A stretch of 64,000 nucleotides of DNA, taken from NCBI GenBank assembly GCA_002476605.1, contig DLLD01000015.1:9694-73693 (forward strand), read 5' to 3'. Source of the DNA: Christensenella sp. UBA7571 (GTDB lineage: Bacteria > Bacillota > Clostridia > Christensenellales > CAG-917). The translations under genes were made by a program, and so were the position numbers. This document shows, piece after piece, positions 47,095 through 53,937 of this stretch (position 1 is the stretch's first letter; each line of letters starts with the position of its first letter). Below the pieces are notes generated by a model, which saw only the letters and a program-made list of their open reading frames with translations, was not told the origin of the DNA and did not search any database.

Positions 47095-47514
47095 CTATTT
47101 ATGTGCTTTTGCATATTTCAATGCATTGTAAGCACCGCCAAAATCACTCGTCACATACAACAAAACGTAATCTGCGTTTTTTATCATCCACTCGTTTCTC
47201 TTGGATATAGCAAACTTTAACGGTACGTTCTCAATCTCGGGATAAACAATCTCGTCATATTCTTCGTTTAGATAATCTTCCCTATTCTTTAACCATTTAT
47301 TTATATAAGGCGTCACGAAAATCAATCTCGTATCGGGGTGCGTTTCTTTATATTTTTTTGCACATTTTTTTACAAATCCGTCAAAATTCCCGTATCCGCC
47401 AAAATAAAAATTCAATCGTTCACCGTTTGAAATTTTTGATAATAAACTTAAAACTTTTTCTTCGTCCCCAAGGTTAGACATAAAGGAAGAGTGCCCAAAA
47501 ACTGTAATATTCAT
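47095..47514 (-). CDS. SLOG-family (YpsA/DUF1273-like) protein
   Basis: The 139-aa protein shows the pattern ITVFGH...FYFGGYGNFD...IFVTPY...ADYVLLY..GGAY, which resembles the YpsA/DUF1273 Rossmann-like SLOG fold. The gene is clearly AT-richer than its flanks. Confidence 0.5.
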   Translation of the reverse strand: MNITVFGHSSFMSNLGDEEKVLSLLSKISNGERLNFYFGGYGNFDGFVKKCAKKYKETHPDTRLIFVTPYINKWLKNREDYLNEEYDEIVYPEIENVPLKFAISKRNEWMIKNADYVLLYVTSDFGGAYNALKYAKAHK

Positions 47515-47533
47515 TGCTAATATCCGCCCCGCT

Positions 47534-47654
47534 TATGTAAGTATACTTTCTCAATTATAGCACTGAATGTTTATTCTAGTAAAGCGTATGTAAGTATACA
47601 TTCTTATTGTTAAAAATGCAAATACTATAATTGGTATGAAAGCATACTTTCATA
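47534..47654. promoter_or_regulatory. divergent control region with candidate operators
   Basis: The direct repeat TATGTAAGTATAC occurs at 47534-46 and 47587-99. The perfect inverted repeat TATGAAAG-CATA-CTTTCATA lies at 47635-54, just downstream of a TATAAT (47626-31). Confidence 0.5.
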
Positions 47655-47673
47655 CAAATTATCGAGGTGCGTT

Positions 47674-47916
47674 GTGACTGTAAATGATGCCGTGGCAAAA
47701 AGAATAATTGCTCTGTTGTCCGAAAAGAAGATGACGCAGTATCGTTTGGAGCAACTTTCGGGCATACAACACGGACATATGCAATGGATATTGAGTGGGA
47801 AAAGCAAAACCGTGACTTTATCCACCGTAATGATGATTGCACACGGTTTTGGAATGACCGTATTAGAATTTTTGGACGACGACCTCTTCAAATACGAGAA
47901 TTTAGAAGTAGAATAA
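47674..47916 (+). CDS. XRE-family helix-turn-helix transcriptional regulator
   Basis: The 80-aa protein has a GTG start with a GAGGTG RBS. The HTH pattern is IIALLSEKKMTQYRLEQLSGIQHGHMQWILSGK. Confidence 0.75.
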   Translation: MTVNDAVAKRIIALLSEKKMTQYRLEQLSGIQHGHMQWILSGKSKTVTLSTVMMIAHGFGMTVLEFLDDDLFKYENLEVE

Positions 47917-47920
47917 CATA

Positions 47921-47952
47921 GAAACCGAGAACTGTGTTCTCGGTCTTTTTTT
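47921..47952 (+). terminator. rho-independent terminator of the XRE gene
   Basis: The sequence is ACCGAGAAC-TGT-GTTCTCGGT-CTTTTTTT. Confidence 0.8.
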
Positions 47953-47972
47953 CGGGTGTGGGTGTTCCACCC
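47951..47972 (+). repeat. H0 GC hairpin module
   Basis: The sequence TTCGGGTGTGGGTGTTCCACCC directly follows the terminator U-run. It is the same module seen at 10837, 56775, 56918 and 59298. Confidence 0.7.
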
Positions 47973-48007
47973 TCACCGTCATTCCCTCTATAAAAAATGC
48001 GATAAAC

Positions 48008-48353
48008 AGATGAAGAACAAGAAAGGACTGTTCGCACGGCAACCCTAATTCCACTTGTTAAAAACGCGATAAATCGATGCACAACGCGAAAGCACCCCGA
48101 GGAGCGCAAACCCAACGTACACGACGTACGTGATTTGCGAAACTCGGGGTGCTGTAAGGAACGCAGTGACGGAATAGCGATTGTTACGTTATGCGTCAAT
48201 CGCGTCCAAAGTTAGGCGCGATTTAGCGCGTTTGTAAAACTTCGATATTTAGATGAAGAGCAAGGAAAAGCCCCTCGAATGACAACCCTAATTTACTAAT
48301 CGTAAATGAGTTGGCAGTCGAGGGGCTTTGACAAAGCTATTCGCTAAATAGCG
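48008..48353 (-). repeat. Array of family B modules: one truncated, two complete, plus a small GCGC hairpin
   Basis: Complete modules have outer stems 48092-48101/48143-52 (GCACCCCGAG/CTCGGGGTGC; core GCAAA-CCCAA-[CGTAC..GTACG]-TGA-TTTGC) and 48267-78/48318-29 (AAAGCCCCTCGA/TCGAGGGGCTTT; core CAAC-CCTAA-[TTTAC..GTAAA]-TGA-GTTG). The truncated copy is at 48008-48060. Confidence 0.7.
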
Positions 48354-48359
48354 AAGTTT

Positions 48360-48491
48360 TTACTTGCAGTCTTTGCAATCGGAAACGCCCTTTTTAGCGC
48401 GAGATTTCGTCGTTTTCTCTACTTTCGGTTCACCGCAATGGCAACCTTCGGATTTCTTGGTTTGTTTGACAGTTGAATTTGTTTTTGCCAT
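48360..48491 (-). CDS. small basic Cys-containing protein (43 aa), absent from the ORF track
   Basis: The translation is MAKTNSTVKQTKKSEGCHCGEPKVEKTTKSRAKKGVSDCKDCK. A strong RBS (AAGGAG) lies 7 nt before the ATG at 48489-48491, and a family B hairpin sits immediately downstream. Confidence 0.5.
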   Translation of the reverse strand: MAKTNSTVKQTKKSEGCHCGEPKVEKTTKSRAKKGVSDCKDCK

Positions 48492-48612
48492 AAATATCTC
48501 CTTTTATTTTGAGGCGTTGCGCCTCGGGTTATCCGTTTGAGCGGATTTGATTATAGTATGGCAAAAAGCGTGTGTTTATATACCTTGCGCAATCAAAAAA
48601 ATGTGGTATAAT

Positions 48613-49290
48613 ATGGATATGGTCAATATAGGAAACAGCTGGGACGGAATACTGAAAGAGGATTTTGAGAGCGAAAATTATCAGAATCTGCGCAAATTTT
48701 TGGCGCAAGAGTATCGTGCGCATACGGTTTACCCCGATATGCACGACATTTTCAACGCGCTAAAAGCAACGCCGTACGAGGCGGTGAAAGTGGTGATTTT
48801 GGGGCAAGACCCCTATCACGGTGAAGGACAAGCTCACGGTATGTGCTTTTCCGTAAAGCCGAACGTCCCCGCTCCGCCGTCGCTGGTCAATATATTCAAA
48901 GAAATCGAGGACGACGTAGGCGTCAAAAACACGTCCCCCTATCTCGTCAATTGGGCAAAGCAAGGCGTTTTGCTTCTCAACACCGTGCTCACCGTGCGCG
49001 AAGGTCAACCCAACTCGCATAGAGGTATGGGCTGGGAAGTGCTCACGGATAGCATTATAAGAAAGCTCAACGCGCGCAAAGAGCCTATCGTGTTTATGCT
49101 TTGGGGCGCAAACGCTCGCTCCAAAAAGGCGTTGATAACCAATCCGCAACACTTGATTTTGGAATGTCCGCACCCCTCCCCGTTGTCGGCATACGCGGGA
49201 TTTTTCGGGTGTAAACACTTCTCCAAGTGCAACGACTTCCTCGCAAAGCACGGGCAAACGCCCATAGACTGGCGCACGGACGTACGATAA
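48613..49290 (+). CDS. ung: uracil-DNA glycosylase (start trimmed)
   Basis: It has the motifs GQDPYH and HPSPLSA. The homologous N-terminus begins near MDMVNIGNSW. Confidence 0.9.
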   Translation: MDMVNIGNSWDGILKEDFESENYQNLRKFLAQEYRAHTVYPDMHDIFNALKATPYEAVKVVILGQDPYHGEGQAHGMCFSVKPNVPAPPSLVNIFKEIEDDVGVKNTSPYLVNWAKQGVLLLNTVLTVREGQPNSHRGMGWEVLTDSIIRKLNARKEPIVFMLWGANARSKKALITNPQHLILECPHPSPLSAYAGFFGCKHFSKCNDFLAKHGQTPIDWRTDVR

Positions 49291-49309
49291 GAATTATAAG
49301 AGGTATAAT

Positions 49310-49531
49310 ATGGATATCGCAAGAATAAACGAATTGGCAAAGAAAGCAAAGACCGTCGGGCTCACCGACGAGGAAAAAGCCGAGCAAGCAAAACTCCGCA
49401 AGAAATATATCCAAAGCGTAGTGGGTGATTTGCGCTCGCAACTCGACAACACGTACGTGCTGGATAAGGACGAAAACAAGGTCAAACTCACCGACTACAA
49501 CAAAAATAACCAACCCCCGACGGATAAATAA
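49310..49531 (+). CDS. DUF896 (UPF0291/YnzC-like) protein
   Basis: The pattern INELAKKAKTVGLTDEEKAEQAKLRKKYI is typical of the DUF896 family. Confidence 0.75.
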   Translation: MDIARINELAKKAKTVGLTDEEKAEQAKLRKKYIQSVVGDLRSQLDNTYVLDKDENKVKLTDYNKNNQPPTDK

Positions 49532-49591
49532 CTTGATAATTGTCCGCACACGGATTATAATAATAACTCAGTCAAACATCAGAGGGAAACA

Positions 49592-50143
49592 ATGGACAGA
49601 TTTTACACCGTTGACATCAAAGGCTACAAAGCCGACTTGCCTATACTTCCGCTCCCCAACGGAATCAGTATTTGCTTTTTCAACTTGCACGGCAATCAAG
49701 AGATGACCGAGCATTGCGGAAAGGAACTTGCCAAACTTCTCCACGGTTGCGACATCGTGCTCACCGCGGAGTCCAAGGGCTTGCAACTCTCGCACGTAAT
49801 CGCGCGTGAACTCGGACAAAAATATTACGCCGTATGCCGTAAGTCCAAAAAACTCTATATGCAAGACGGTATCGAGACGAGCGTGAAGTCTATCACCACG
49901 GGCGGTACTCAAACGCTTTATTTGTCCAAGCACGACGCAGACCTTCTCAAAGGCAAGAAAGTGGCAATCGTAGACGACGTGGTATCCACGGGCGGCAGCC
50001 TCAAAGGGCTTGAACAAATAGTCAATCTCGCGGGCGGAACTATCTATAAAAAAGCGTTCGTCCTTGCAGAGGGTGACGCGGCAAACCGCGACGATATCGT
50101 GTATCTCGCAAAGATACCTATAATCACGGATAATCGATATTGA
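49592..50143 (+). CDS. phosphoribosyltransferase family protein (purine PRT-like)
   Basis: It has the PRPP-binding motif VAIVDDVVSTGGS. Confidence 0.7.
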   Translation: MDRFYTVDIKGYKADLPILPLPNGISICFFNLHGNQEMTEHCGKELAKLLHGCDIVLTAESKGLQLSHVIARELGQKYYAVCRKSKKLYMQDGIETSVKSITTGGTQTLYLSKHDADLLKGKKVAIVDDVVSTGGSLKGLEQIVNLAGGTIYKKAFVLAEGDAANRDDIVYLAKIPIITDNRY

Positions 50144-50217
50144 TTGAAATCGGCATTTTATAATGCCGATTTGCATTGATAAACGCTTTATTGCGACAAA
50201 ATCACACTATTTGACTT

Positions 50218-51453
50218 ATGCTTGAACTATTGATGCCGGCGGGCAATCTCAAAAAACTCAAAACTGCTTTTCACTTCGGTGCGGACGCCGTGTATATAGG
50301 CGGAAAGCAGTTTTCTTTGCGTGCCTTTGCGGACAACTTCTCCGAAGAAGAAATGATAGAAGGCATAAATTTTGCTCACGCGTTCGGCAAAAAAGTGTAC
50401 GTCACGGTCAATATATTTGCCAAAAATTCCGACCTCGAAAAAGCCAAAGAATACTTTGAGTTTTTGCAAAAAGTCGGCGCTGACGCGGTGCTTATAAGCG
50501 ATATAGGTCTCGTGACGCTTTGCAAAGAAGTTGCTCCCGACCTCACTATTCACCTCTCCACGCAAGCCAACACAACTAACCTTCTTGCCGTCAAATTTTG
50601 GCAAAGTATGGGCGTAAAACGCGTGGTGCTTGCGCGCGAACTCGGCTACGACGAGATACTTGCCGTTCACAACGCCGTACCCGATATGGAACTCGAAGCG
50701 TTCGTGCACGGCGCAATGTGTATGAGTTACAGCGGGCGTTGTCTTCTCTCCTCTTATTTTAGCAATCGCAGTGCCAACCGCGGGGCGTGCATACAACCTT
50801 GCCGTTGGGGATATCGCATAACGGAGACGGAACGCCACGAGGGAAAACCTCTCGATATAGAGCAAGACGAGAGAGGCACTTACTTTATGAACAGTCGCGA
50901 TTTGCGCCTTTTGAGGCATATTCCCGAAATTGCACAATCGGGCATCGTTTCACTCAAAGTGGAAGGCCGTATGAAGAGCGAATTTTACGTCGCTACGGTG
51001 GCGTGCGCCTATCGCAAGGCAATCGACGAGTATTTGTCCACGGGACGTATAGACGACGTGGACACGCTCGAAACGCGCCTCGAAACGGTTGCTCACCGCA
51101 CCTACACCGACGCGTATTTTGACGGAGACAACCTCAACACCGTATGTATGGACGAGGGACAATCCCAAGAAAAATATATCTTCACCGCAGTCGTGCTTGA
51201 CTACTCGGACGGCGTTGCCACGGTTGAAATGCGCAATCGCTTCAAAACGGGTGACGTCTTGCGTATACTCTCCCCCGACGAGAGCGTAGACGACGAGCTT
51301 TTTGCCGTCGGTGAGATAACCCACACTCAAACGAACGAAAAAACGGACGATGCCAAACTCGTGCAACATACCTATTCTTTTGGCTGCCCCTACGCCGTTC
51401 AAAAAGGTGATTTATTGCTTAAAGACATGGACAGTCATAACTCCTCTAAATAG
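50218..51453 (+). CDS. peptidase U32 family protein
   Basis: The N-terminal pattern ELLMPAGNLKKLKTAFHFGADAVYIGG and a conserved Cys-rich core (CMSYSGRCLLS) support the call. The last codons and the stop lie inside family C copy 3. Confidence 0.85.
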   Translation: MLELLMPAGNLKKLKTAFHFGADAVYIGGKQFSLRAFADNFSEEEMIEGINFAHAFGKKVYVTVNIFAKNSDLEKAKEYFEFLQKVGADAVLISDIGLVTLCKEVAPDLTIHLSTQANTTNLLAVKFWQSMGVKRVVLARELGYDEILAVHNAVPDMELEAFVHGAMCMSYSGRCLLSSYFSNRSANRGACIQPCRWGYRITETERHEGKPLDIEQDERGTYFMNSRDLRLLRHIPEIAQSGIVSLKVEGRMKSEFYVATVACAYRKAIDEYLSTGRIDDVDTLETRLETVAHRTYTDAYFDGDNLNTVCMDEGQSQEKYIFTAVVLDYSDGVATVEMRNRFKTGDVLRILSPDESVDDELFAVGEITHTQTNEKTDDAKLVQHTYSFGCPYAVQKGDLLLKDMDSHNSSK

Positions 51454-51950
51454 AATTACCCCCTCTTTCCGGACACGCCGGCATTTCCACTTCGGCGTTT
51501 GCGCACCGCAATCCGCCTCGTTCGCTTTGGCTACAACACATTCACCGAATGTGTTGCTTGACGCGTCGCGCCCGACCACTCTTATAATGGCATTTCTCTG
51601 CAATATTATCCGTCGCTCGTGGGGGAGACATTTGGCACGCGCATAGAAAGGGACATTTCTCTCGTTATGCCACTGCGCTTTGTGCGCCAGCTACGCAACA
51701 ACACGGCGCAGTCGCTTGTACTACACCCCACAAGGCTTCCACACACAAAAGACAAGCGAACGAAGGCGCGATATATAAGATGAAAGCGCAGTCTTTTGTG
51801 TGAAGGAAAGAAGGAGCACCAAGGCAAAAAGCAAACAATTGGCACAAGTGGCAATTGTGGCAAAAAGCCTTGTGTGTGACGCGAGCTTGGCGCAAAGACG
51901 CTCGCCGCCTTGCGGCTCGAAGATCTGAATAAGCACATTTCGCTTATAAG
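51436..51950 (+). repeat. Family C interspersed structured element, copy 3 (about 515 nt, with two insertions)
   Basis: It has the same left block, central block (ATTTCTCTGCAATATTATCCGTCGCTCGTGGGGGAGACA), CTTGTAC, and the hairpin GCCGC-CTT-GCGGC (51904-16). Extra nested helices are CACAAGGCTT/AAGCCTTGTG and CACACACAAAAGAC/GTCTTTTGTGTG. Confidence 0.75.
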
Positions 51951-52002
51951 AGTGTTTCTAATATATAATATAAATGCGTAATATAACTTATAATAAAACA
52001 AT

Positions 52003-52032
52003 AAAAAAGCACGCAAGATTGCGTGCTTTTTA
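52003..52032. terminator. bidirectional rho-independent terminator
   Basis: The sequence is AAAAAA-GCACGCA-AGAT-TGCGTGC-TTTTT, placed downstream of the minus-strand gene ending at 52059. Confidence 0.8.
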
Positions 52033-52058
52033 TTATTTGTTTTTTTGCGATTATGCGA

Positions 52059-53936
52059 TTACGCCGTTGCCGTCGTATCCGCCGTTACGGGCGTATCGGC
52101 ATTTTCGGGTGTTTCGTCCGTACCGAGTTCTTTTGCGAGCATAATGCGTTCGCGAGAATCGTCCGTGCGCTTGCGCGTCTTTTCACCCATATCACGGCAT
52201 ACGCCTGCCGCTATGATGAGCACCACGCCGACAGCACCGAGAGTGCAGAACCAGTTGCGCAAGGACACGACGTTGATAACCGCCATAAGCAAGTTGTCGC
52301 TGTCAACCCACGTTGCTTGCATATAGCCGAGCATACCGTAAGGTGCGTTCATTGAGAAGAGGTTAATTTCGAGTGCGTCATCGTCGTTGAGGCAAAGACC
52401 GATTTGAAGCGCAGAGCCTTGCGTTGCCGCAGCGATGACTTCTGCAAGGTCTTCTTGCACGAGACCGCCGACTGCTTTGACTGCGCCGAGTTGGTCGAGA
52501 ACACCGATAACCAAACTTACGATATCGTTGTCAAGAGACGTGATTGACATCGGATCGCCGAGCATATCGAGGACGAGCCAGTTGATGGGACGTTTGGTAT
52601 AGCCGTTTTCGTACATAATCCATCCGTCTTCGTTGTAGCCGTATCTGACCTTGACTTCGTTGTTGTTTTGGTCGACTATCGTACCCTCGTAATCGAACGC
52701 ACCGCCGTTTGCGACGTATTCGTCAACCATAGCCTTGTCGTACAATTGATAGAGGAAGTTGCCGTTTTCACTGTAGATGGTCTTTCCGCTTCCGTCAGTG
52801 CCTTCGTAACCGGGTTGCGAATAACTCCAACCTTTGTTGAGGATAAGGCGCAACACCACGGGGATAGTCATACGACCGTTGACTTGCGCATAAAGGAGGA
52901 GCGGATCGTCAAACGTAAGATAACCGTCTTGGTTGAAGCTGTTGTAATTGTCAATGAACAACTTCTTCACGCGCGGATTGTTGAAACCTTCTTTGAGCAA
53001 GCCTTCGTAACCGCCTTTTGAGGTGTTGAAGTATTTGTAGATATAGTCGGTGATTGCAAGACCGAGAGCACGTCTTTCAACGCTGTTGTTGAAAGCGTAA
53101 TCGTAGTCGTTGAGGATATCGTACTTGTAGATAAAGTCGAAAAGTTCAATCTTGGTCGGATTCTCTTTTCTGAGGTTTTCGATGGCTTTGTCTATGGTTT
53201 CGATATCGAGATAGTTGTCGTACCACTCCGCAAATCTTTCCGCGATGTACTCGTTGTCATATTCGAGACCCGTGCGTTTTGCAAGAGTTTTGTACGAGAA
53301 GTCACCGTTTTCTTTGATCTTGACTTCACCGGTGTCTGCATCCACCTCAAAGTCGTTGAGGTTGCCGTTGAGCACGTTGTAGGTGAAATAATCTCTTTCG
53401 AGTTTTGCATTCTTCTCCGCTTGCGCTTCACCGTTGTAGTACAAGTCCTCGCAGTAGAGAGTGTTTTGCGTTGCGTTTGCGATGACGTCGGGAACGATGT
53501 ACGTGAGAAGAAGTCCAAACACGCAAGTGAGGCACACGAACGCAATGAGCGTGCGCACCGTTTGCGAACGTATGCTTCTCTTGGATTTTCTTCTCGTCAC
53601 GACGAGCGTAATCGTCATAAAGATAATTCCGAAGAGCCCCGCGATAATCACGCCGACGAACGGCCAGAAGGAATAGTACGGCATAAGATTGTAGCACTTG
53701 ATGCCGAGCACGAGCGAGATGATAAAGATAGGTAGATATGCAAGCACGTAAAGTACAACCGTTGCCACCGTGTACAAAACGGACGTTCTGGATTGGTCGT
53801 TTTTGGTGCGTTTGCTTATCGGGAAGGCTTTCTTGACCTTGACGTCTGCGACTTCTTCACTATTTTGTTGCGTATCGACGACTTCGTCTTGTACGACGTC
53901 GTTCACTTCGTTGACTGCGTTATAATTGTCGCTCAT
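52059..53936 (-). CDS. large hypothetical membrane protein (625 aa)
   Basis: It has an acidic N-terminal tail, 3 N-terminal TM helices, an extracytoplasmic domain of about 400 aa, a C-terminal TM helix and a charged tail. Its ATG lies 1 nt after the upstream stop. Confidence 0.65.
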   Translation of the reverse strand: MSDNYNAVNEVNDVVQDEVVDTQQNSEEVADVKVKKAFPISKRTKNDQSRTSVLYTVATVVLYVLAYLPIFIISLVLGIKCYNLMPYYSFWPFVGVIIAGLFGIIFMTITLVVTRRKSKRSIRSQTVRTLIAFVCLTCVFGLLLTYIVPDVIANATQNTLYCEDLYYNGEAQAEKNAKLERDYFTYNVLNGNLNDFEVDADTGEVKIKENGDFSYKTLAKRTGLEYDNEYIAERFAEWYDNYLDIETIDKAIENLRKENPTKIELFDFIYKYDILNDYDYAFNNSVERRALGLAITDYIYKYFNTSKGGYEGLLKEGFNNPRVKKLFIDNYNSFNQDGYLTFDDPLLLYAQVNGRMTIPVVLRLILNKGWSYSQPGYEGTDGSGKTIYSENGNFLYQLYDKAMVDEYVANGGAFDYEGTIVDQNNNEVKVRYGYNEDGWIMYENGYTKRPINWLVLDMLGDPMSITSLDNDIVSLVIGVLDQLGAVKAVGGLVQEDLAEVIAAATQGSALQIGLCLNDDDALEINLFSMNAPYGMLGYMQATWVDSDNLLMAVINVVSLRNWFCTLGAVGVVLIIAAGVCRDMGEKTRKRTDDSRERIMLAKELGTDETPENADTPVTADTTATA

Positions 53937-53937
53937 A

